From positions 4,320,001 through 4,384,000 of the forward strand of contig OZ244065.1 of NCBI GenBank assembly GCA_965215505.1: a stretch of 64,000 nucleotides of DNA, written 5' to 3'. Source of the stretch: Capsulimonadaceae bacterium (lineage in GTDB: Bacteria > Armatimonadota > Armatimonadia > Armatimonadales > Capsulimonadaceae). The translations under genes and the position numbers were made by a program. Positions 57,800 through 64,000 of the stretch are shown in pieces. The notes beneath the pieces were generated by a model, which saw only the letters and a program-made list of their open reading frames with translations, did no database searches and had not been told where the DNA came from. Numbering within the stretch: position 1 is the stretch's first letter; the number at the start of each line of letters is the position of its first letter.

Positions 57800-58450
57800 C
57801 TAGGAGAGGGGAGGGGCCGGTCCGAGTGCGGGCCGGCCCTGTGCTTGAAACCAGCCCAGAAAGGCGTCCGTCCGCGCGAAGTAGTCCGCGATGTCGGCTG
57901 AGGCCAGCAGCGCCCGGATTTCCGGCGTGTCGAAGTCGCGCGTGTTGCCGCTCAGGAAGGCTTTTTCCTCGTCCGGGTTCTGGAGCGCGTGTTCCTGAAT
58001 GACGGTGAGGATCAGGTTGTCTGTCGGGTCCTTGGTCGGCCCGGCAGCGAGGTCGGCGGCAAGAGTCGCCAGGGTCAGCGGCAGTATCTCAGCGGCGAAA
58101 TAACCCGCCTGGAGACCGGCCAATTTCCTTTGAACATCACCCAGGCGATCCCTGATGTCGTTGAGCAGATCAAAGTTTTCCGTCCTTGCTTGCTGGAGAT
58201 GCTGAACGAGAGCCTTGGCGTGGGTGGAGGTAACGTCACGGAGCAGTTGACTGATCTGCATGTCCAGAGTCTGGCGAAAGAAGTTCCTTCGCTTCCGCTC
58301 ATCCTCGAATGAAGACCAGGCTTCCATCAGGCAGATAGCCGGAACAGCAATGCGTAGGTCCGACGATGCGAGATGCAGCAAAGCGTCGGCGTTTGCGTCA
58401 CGGCCCGTCGCAGTCGCCATGATGAAATTGGTTTCGATGTAGAGGATCAT
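57800..58450 (-). CDS. PIN-like domain protein (DUF4935-like)
   Basis: LYIETNF, CLME, DNLIL, FLSGNTRDF. Confidence 0.75.
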   Translation of the reverse strand: MILYIETNFIMATATGRDANADALLHLASSDLRIAVPAICLMEAWSSFEDERKRRNFFRQTLDMQISQLLRDVTSTHAKALVQHLQQARTENFDLLNDIRDRLGDVQRKLAGLQAGYFAAEILPLTLATLAADLAAGPTKDPTDNLILTVIQEHALQNPDEEKAFLSGNTRDFDTPEIRALLASADIADYFARTDAFLGWFQAQGRPALGPAPPLS

Positions 58451-58914
58451 AAGCCCCCGCGTGAGGTGGCCTCCTCGTGACGTATGTTTTCCGTCGTGCC
58501 CCCGTCGAGACGTTCCGCCAGACCGATTTTGCCTAACCTGTCGAGGAATGGCGGCGTCTCCGATTTCCACCGATAGGCGACGTCACGCAGCCAAGTCTCA
58601 ACCAAAGCTGTGAGATAATCCCCATAGACCCGTTTCCCGATGAACTCGGGATCATAAAACGAGAGTGCGTCCGCCGTCGGCAGGTGCAGCAGCTCGGACA
58701 GCGCCGCGCCGTCCCACCGGAAAATGCGGATGTCCTCCAGCGTCACCAGCATGGCGTAGGGGAGAACGGTCCCGGCTTCGCGGAGGTCGTCCGTGAGCTG
58801 CTGCCGGTCGTAGATGTTTTCCTTCGGACGCCCCTTCACCTCGATGAGCAGGACGGGCCGGTCCTGGGCGTCCAGGGCGATGATGTCGGCGCGGATCGGG
58901 TTCAGTGTCTTCAT
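58447..58914 (-). CDS. small PD-(D/E)xK-like (HsdR N-terminal-like) protein
   Basis: RADIIALD..PVLLIEVK..Q..YAMLV; overlaps the PIN gene start. Confidence 0.65.
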   Translation of the reverse strand: MKTLNPIRADIIALDAQDRPVLLIEVKGRPKENIYDRQQLTDDLREAGTVLPYAMLVTLEDIRIFRWDGAALSELLHLPTADALSFYDPEFIGKRVYGDYLTALVETWLRDVAYRWKSETPPFLDRLGKIGLAERLDGGTTENIRHEEATSRGGL

Positions 58915-58959
58915 GGCGCGTTCTCCTGAGAGGAGTATACCCGGCCCTCGGCGCAGACT

Positions 58960-59922
58960 TCAGCGCGGGACGGGGATCTTGCCCAGGGCCTCCTCGATGA
59001 GCTGGACGCCCGAGACGCCGCCGTACTTGGCTTTCGTGTCCAGCATCATCCGGTGGGCCAGGACCGGGGCGGCCAGGGCGTGGATGTCGTCGGGCAGGAC
59101 GTAGTCGCGGCCTTCCGTCAGGGCGCGGGCTTGGGCGGTGCGGAACAGGGTCAGCGACCCGCGCGGCGAGACGGCCAGCCGGACGCGCGGGTCGGCCCGC
59201 GTCCAGTCCACCAGCCGCAGGATGTACTCGGCAAGGGCGCGGTCCACGCGCACCTCCCGGACCTGCCCCTGGAGGCGCAGCACGTCCGCGCCGGAGATGA
59301 CCGGCTGGAGCGAGTCGAAGGGGTGTTCCCGGCTCTGCCCGTAGAGGATTTCGAGTTCGTGCGACAGGTCCGGGTAGCCCAGCGTGATGCGGACGGCGAA
59401 GCGGTCCAATTGCGCCTCGGGCAGCGGGTAGGTCCCGTGGAAGTCGGTCGGGTTCTGCGTGGCGACCACGAAGAACGGGCGCGGCAGGTCCCGCCGCTTC
59501 CCGTCCACCGTCACCTGCCCCTCGCTCATCACTTCCAGCAGGGCGGACTGCGTGCGCGGCGAGGTCCGGTTGATCTCGTCGGCCAGCACGACGTTGGCGA
59601 AGACCGGCCCCTCCCGGAACGTGAACGAGCCATCGGCGGGGTTGTAGAATGAACTCCCGGTGATGTCGGCGGGCAGCAGGTCCGGCGTGAACTGGATGCG
59701 CCGGAACACGCCGTCCATCGAGCGCGCCAGCGACTTCGCCAGCGTCGTCTTGCCCGTCCCCGGCACGTCTTCGAGCAGGGCATGGCCGCCCGCCAAAAGG
59801 GCCAGCAGCAGCAGGCGGATGGAGTCCGGCTTGCCCCGGATGACCGACGACAGGTTGGCCTCGATCTTCTCGACCGTGCGGGTGAAAGTCTCAGCCTCGG
59901 TGAACTCCGTGAAGACGGTCAT
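58960..59922 (-). CDS. moxR: MoxR family AAA+ ATPase
   Basis: [49 protein letters not shown]. Confidence 0.97.
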   Translation of the reverse strand: MTVFTEFTEAETFTRTVEKIEANLSSVIRGKPDSIRLLLLALLAGGHALLEDVPGTGKTTLAKSLARSMDGVFRRIQFTPDLLPADITGSSFYNPADGSFTFREGPVFANVVLADEINRTSPRTQSALLEVMSEGQVTVDGKRRDLPRPFFVVATQNPTDFHGTYPLPEAQLDRFAVRITLGYPDLSHELEILYGQSREHPFDSLQPVISGADVLRLQGQVREVRVDRALAEYILRLVDWTRADPRVRLAVSPRGSLTLFRTAQARALTEGRDYVLPDDIHALAAPVLAHRMMLDTKAKYGGVSGVQLIEEALGKIPVPR

Positions 59923-60389
59923 GCGGTTTCCTTTGGATGCAGGTTCTTGCGGTAGTACAAAGCCGTGTCGCCGGGCGGACAGTCTTCCAGCTTGCCGTAG
60001 AGGGTGTAGCCCAGCTTCTCGTAGAAGCCGGGTGCCTGAAACGTGCTGGTGGCGAGCCGGGCGTAGAGGCATCCGCGCTGGTATGCCTCCTCCTCCGCGC
60101 GTCCCACCAGTTCTCTGCCGAGGCCCCGTCCCCGGTGGACTTCCTCCACCCAGAGGACACTGATCTCCAGCCACGCCCGCAGGCCGTGCGTCCGCCCCGT
60201 CAGGCCGCCGACGAGCGCCCCGCCGCCGTCCAGGACGAAGAATTGCAGCGGCATCGGCTGAAACCGCCCGTCCTGATTCTGCTCCCAAAGCGGGGAATGT
60301 GCCCCGTTGTACCCAATCAAGGCTTCCGTCAGGGCGTTCTCCCGCTCCTCGCTCACGGCGGCCTCGAACTCATAGAAGTTTCGCATCAT
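59919..60389 (-). CDS. GNAT N-acetyltransferase
   Basis: LWVEEVHRGRGLG, TSTFQAPGFYEKLGY. Confidence 0.92.
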   Translation of the reverse strand: MMRNFYEFEAAVSEERENALTEALIGYNGAHSPLWEQNQDGRFQPMPLQFFVLDGGGALVGGLTGRTHGLRAWLEISVLWVEEVHRGRGLGRELVGRAEEEAYQRGCLYARLATSTFQAPGFYEKLGYTLYGKLEDCPPGDTALYYRKNLHPKETA

Positions 60390-62355
60390 TGGACCTCCTC
60401 TCGAACCCGGCTTCCAGCGCCCGCAGCGCGGCCCTGAGCCGGGTGATCTCGGCCGGGGCGGGCGACGCGCCGAAGCGCGCCCGCCCGTAACCCGCCACGA
60501 ACGCCTCCCAGAGCGCAGAGAGGCCGCTCCCCTCCGACACCCCACTCCCCGGCGCTGCCTCAACCGCCCGCAGGTGTTCGCGCCAGGTCCGGCCTTCGGG
60601 GCAGGGCAGACCGTTCCGCGCCAGCAGCGACTCGAAGCGCACGGCCAGTGCGGCCAGGGCGGCGTCGGGCCGCGAGTAGTGGAAGCCCGCTGCCGCCTGC
60701 CGCCGGCGCTGCCAGTACCGGTATGCCTGCGGGACCAGAAGGCCCAGAATCAGCAGCCCGAAGACGGCCCCCCGCTCGGGCCAGCTCGCCGCCACCACCC
60801 ACCGGCGGATGAGGCCCAAGGCGTCCTGCATCCACTCCCAAGCCCGCCACCACACCGGGATCGGCCCGGCCTGCGCGTCCGGCCGGCCATCACCCGGCGT
60901 CGCGTCCACCGTCACCCAGCCCCGGCCCTTCACCCAACTCTCGGCCCAGGCGTGGGCGTCCCGCTGCCGGACCAGCGTCCAGCCCCTGCCGTCCGACTCA
61001 TAGGCGAAGTACCCGCTGGCGTACCGTGTCGGGACGCCCAGGGCGCGCAGCAGGACCACGGCGGCGGAGGCGAAATACTCGCAGTGGGCGCTCTTGCGCT
61101 CCAGGATGAAGTTCGAGATCGGGTCGCCCGCGCCGGGGTTGACCGTCAGACTGTAGCGGTTGTTGCGGCTCAGGAACAGCATCACCGCTCGGATCTTCTC
61201 CTGTGGGTCCGTCAGGCCGCCGCCGAACCGATGCGCCTCTTTGATGACGCGCGGGTCTATCTCGCGCGGCATCACCAGGTCGCGCGCCACCTCGTCAGGC
61301 GTCGGCGGCTTGTCGAGCAGGTCGGGGGGCGTGTCCCCTCGGCGCGGAACGATGTCATAGGCCAGTGCCGCCGCGTCCCCGTTGAGCGTTCGCAGCGGGC
61401 CGTCCGTGTGCGCCGCCCAGTCCACCGGGTGTTCGTCTTCGGTGCGGACGGACCCGGAATGCAGCGGCAGGAACAGCAGCGGGACCTCGTCGTCCAGCCG
61501 GACGACATGGACCGCCGCCCCCGCAGCCTTGCCCGGCGCGGGCCGGTACATCAGGAACGTCCGCCCCTCCAAAGCCGGCCCCCAGGTGCGGCCCGAATAG
61601 GTGTCGAATGTCATCCCGACGAGATACGGGTCCGTGCCCATGTCCCTGATACGCAGCACGCGGGTGAGCGAGTCACGCAGGGTGAACGACGAGCCGAGCA
61701 GCGGCTGCCCGCTCATGCCCATGCTGACCGAGACGTGCCGCCCGGAGAGGTTCTGCGGGCCGAGCGTGTTCAGCACGCTTTTGTAGTTGTAGAGGCCCGC
61801 GTGAGTCGCCCCGCCCAGGCCGAGGGCCAGCAGTGCGGGCAGCAAGGTCAGCCCGAGCGGGACTGCGGCGCGCGGGCGGAAGGCGGGCAGGGCCAGGGTG
61901 AAGAACAGGAAATAGGCCGGCGCAAGCACCCACAGGAAGTGGCGGTCATCGGTCGTGGTGCAGCCCAGGACGAACACCAAAGCAGACAGCAGCACGGTCA
62001 GCGGCGCGCGCGGCCCGCCCGTCGGCTCCCGCCGCCAGAATTGCAGGACCAATTCAGAAGCCGCCGCTAGGACGAACGAGAACGGGTAGCGCATGTCGAA
62101 GAAGGCGTTGTCGTCCTTCACCGCGTTCAGCAGATACCCGAACACGGCCAGCCCGATGACGACGATCCGCAGCGTCCACTTGGTCAGCGCGAAGTTTTCA
62201 AAGCGCGCCTTGAAGGCGTAAGACGCCGCCAATCCGAGGCCCAGCCCCGCCAGCGGCACGACCGCGCCGCTGCTCAGGGCCAGCGCGGTAAATGCCAGCA
62301 GGGCGGCCACGGCGGCCGGCCACGGCGGGTTCTGGTACTCGGCCTTTTCCCCCAT
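60370..62355 (-). CDS. transglutaminase-like (TgpA-type) membrane protein
   Basis: Multi-TM N-terminus; HCEYFASA, HAWAE, DATP catalytic triad motifs. Confidence 0.92.
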   Translation of the reverse strand: MGEKAEYQNPPWPAAVAALLAFTALALSSGAVVPLAGLGLGLAASYAFKARFENFALTKWTLRIVVIGLAVFGYLLNAVKDDNAFFDMRYPFSFVLAAASELVLQFWRREPTGGPRAPLTVLLSALVFVLGCTTTDDRHFLWVLAPAYFLFFTLALPAFRPRAAVPLGLTLLPALLALGLGGATHAGLYNYKSVLNTLGPQNLSGRHVSVSMGMSGQPLLGSSFTLRDSLTRVLRIRDMGTDPYLVGMTFDTYSGRTWGPALEGRTFLMYRPAPGKAAGAAVHVVRLDDEVPLLFLPLHSGSVRTEDEHPVDWAAHTDGPLRTLNGDAAALAYDIVPRRGDTPPDLLDKPPTPDEVARDLVMPREIDPRVIKEAHRFGGGLTDPQEKIRAVMLFLSRNNRYSLTVNPGAGDPISNFILERKSAHCEYFASAAVVLLRALGVPTRYASGYFAYESDGRGWTLVRQRDAHAWAESWVKGRGWVTVDATPGDGRPDAQAGPIPVWWRAWEWMQDALGLIRRWVVAASWPERGAVFGLLILGLLVPQAYRYWQRRRQAAAGFHYSRPDAALAALAVRFESLLARNGLPCPEGRTWREHLRAVEAAPGSGVSEGSGLSALWEAFVAGYGRARFGASPAPAEITRLRAALRALEAGFERRSNDAKLL

Positions 62356-62356
62356 G

Positions 62357-63709
62357 CTAGATCGTCTCCACCCCGCCATCCACCTGTGCCGACGTTAGGA
62401 CCGTCACGTCCCGGCCCTCCGGCGGCGGCAACGTGCAGGGCCGGTCGCGGACGATGACCACCTTGACGCCCGCCCCCTGCTCCCGCAGCCGCTCGACGAA
62501 GCCCTCCCGGACCGCGTCCCAGTCCAGCAGGACGCAGACGACTAGCGTGATCTGCGACAGGAACTCCAGTAGCGCCTGCTCCAGAGTCTCAAAGTCCTCG
62601 GCATCGCTCGCATCCACGCAGGCCAGCAGGTCCAGGATGTCGTCCAGAAATGCCGTTCCATGTCCCGTCGTGAGTCGGTGCAAATCCGGCCCCGCCGCGA
62701 ACAGGTCCACCAGATACTCCGACCGGGCCATGTAGTCGGAGACGGCCGCCGCCGTCGAGACGGCCCGCTCGAAGGCGGGCGGCGGGGGCAGGCCCGGCGC
62801 GGGCGGGGGCGCATGGGTGTCCAGGATCACCGCCGCCCGCAGCATGTATTCCTCCCGATACTCGCGCACCACGGGACGGCTCAGCCGCGCCGTCGCCCGC
62901 CAGTCAATGCTGCGGATCGGGTCGCCCTCGCGGTAGTCGCGGTTGCCGATGAACTCCAGCGAGTCGCCCAGGTGCGAGGCCAGTGCCACCTCGCCCGGCT
63001 GGTAGCGGCGGCTGGCCGGCACCTCCAGCCGCGCCAGCGGCGCGAACTGCGGGTAGACCAGCAGCGACTCGGTTCCGGGGAAGACCTGCTGTGCCATCAT
63101 CAGGCCCAGCGGATAGGCCGTCTCTACCCGGAAGCCGCGCAGCCGGTACGCCCCGCGCCGGCGGCACAGCAGCCCCAACTTGACGTGCGCCGTCTCGCCC
63201 GATGCCAGCACCGCCAGCCCGATGCCCTCCGGCGGCACCGAGTCCACGGCGGGCGGCAGCCGGTCCGGCAGGACGGTCCAGCCGATGCCGCGCCGGCCCA
63301 AGGCTTCCACGGTGATCTCGACGGCCAGCGTCTCGCCCGCCCCGATGCGCCCGGCGTGCGTCGCCCGCAGCCTTGCGTGGGGCCGCTGCCGGTACATGCC
63401 GACAAAGGCCGCCGCCCACAGCCCGAAGGCATAGGCGGAGGCCACATACCACTGCTGATCCAGCGACAGCGACGCGAAGGCCAGCGAAACGAACGTCGCC
63501 GCCAGGAAGTAGTGTCCCACGCGCGTCAGCCGCTGCGTGTAGACGCGCCACACCCAGGGGAACAAAATCCCCTGAAAGATGGGATGATAGCGGATGTCCT
63601 TGGTCGGCGTGAACCCGCTCATTGGCGGGAAGTGCGTGTTCAGCGTGAGGGGCGTATGCTTGCGGCTGGAAAAGGAGCGGAACGAGTTTTCGGGCGGGGG
63701 CGTTGCCAT
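62357..63709 (-). CDS. DUF58 domain protein
   Basis: RRGAY, YPLGL, LVYP, EFIGNRDYREGDPIRSIDWRATAR. Confidence 0.93.
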   Translation of the reverse strand: MATPPPENSFRSFSSRKHTPLTLNTHFPPMSGFTPTKDIRYHPIFQGILFPWVWRVYTQRLTRVGHYFLAATFVSLAFASLSLDQQWYVASAYAFGLWAAAFVGMYRQRPHARLRATHAGRIGAGETLAVEITVEALGRRGIGWTVLPDRLPPAVDSVPPEGIGLAVLASGETAHVKLGLLCRRRGAYRLRGFRVETAYPLGLMMAQQVFPGTESLLVYPQFAPLARLEVPASRRYQPGEVALASHLGDSLEFIGNRDYREGDPIRSIDWRATARLSRPVVREYREEYMLRAAVILDTHAPPPAPGLPPPPAFERAVSTAAAVSDYMARSEYLVDLFAAGPDLHRLTTGHGTAFLDDILDLLACVDASDAEDFETLEQALLEFLSQITLVVCVLLDWDAVREGFVERLREQGAGVKVVIVRDRPCTLPPPEGRDVTVLTSAQVDGGVETI

Positions 63710-63718
63710 GCGTGTCTC

Positions 63719-64000
63719 TTACGGGAGTGTACCCGAAGCCGGTCCCTTCTTCGGTCCACCCATCCGCCTGAGTCCCGCCCGGTCGGGGAGAAGCAGAACC
63801 AGCCTATTCCTGCCCCAAACAAGGATGCGCCCCGCGTTGTCAATGTTGACGGCTTCGGTAAGCACCTCGCCCGCGCGCTGGACCACAAGGCCGTTCAGGT
63901 CATACATCCGCCCCGCTCGGTAGAGGTAGGCGTGACTGTCATAGTTGGAGCGCTGTATCATTGGCGACAGGTTTAGTTTAACGGCGGGCATGCCTCCCAC
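63719..64000 (-). CDS. C-terminus of an extracellular HAF-repeat-like protein (partial)
   Basis: HAYLYRAGRMYDLNGLV..LTEAVNIDNAGRIL; start lies outside the window. Confidence 0.65.
   Translation of the reverse strand: MGGMPAVKLNLSPMIQRSNYDSHAYLYRAGRMYDLNGLVVQRAGEVLTEAVNIDNAGRILVWGRNRLVLLLPDRAGLRRMGGPKKGPASGTLP

Overview
GC-rich bacterial chromosomal window; gene content and style suggest Armatimonadota, which is an inference. It contains about 65 CDSs and no rRNA, tRNA, CRISPR array, integrase or transposase. Housekeeping genes: hisI, a stand-alone Cys-free rpsR, ahcY, aroC/aroK/aroB, rpe, ribD-ribE-ribBA-ribH, HtrA-type proteases and a DUF58/transglutaminase/MoxR operon. Accessory regions: redox/stress clusters at 4.4-12 kb and 50-54.7 kb, several toxin-antitoxin-type insertions inside biosynthetic operons, and a 1200-aa secreted PKD/beta-helix protein. 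The most striking locus is a type IV pilus pilMNO(P)-X-Y-pilQ operon at 19.4-27.9 kb. Nearly every periplasmic subunit carries Gly-rich, aromatic-spaced low-complexity tracts (GGYPGG, GGQFGG, NNGGYQ). Two extra genes encode barrel-less paralogs of the secretin's periplasmic N-domains. Also notable: three apparent pseudo-enzymes (PASTA kinase, trypsin-like partner, GH127-like), several REP/REPIN-like palindrome families including one copy apparently inserted in-frame in aroK, a doubly frameshifted RelE/ParE toxin, and recurrent leaderless promoter architecture. All calls come from motif recognition by eye; no database searches were run.
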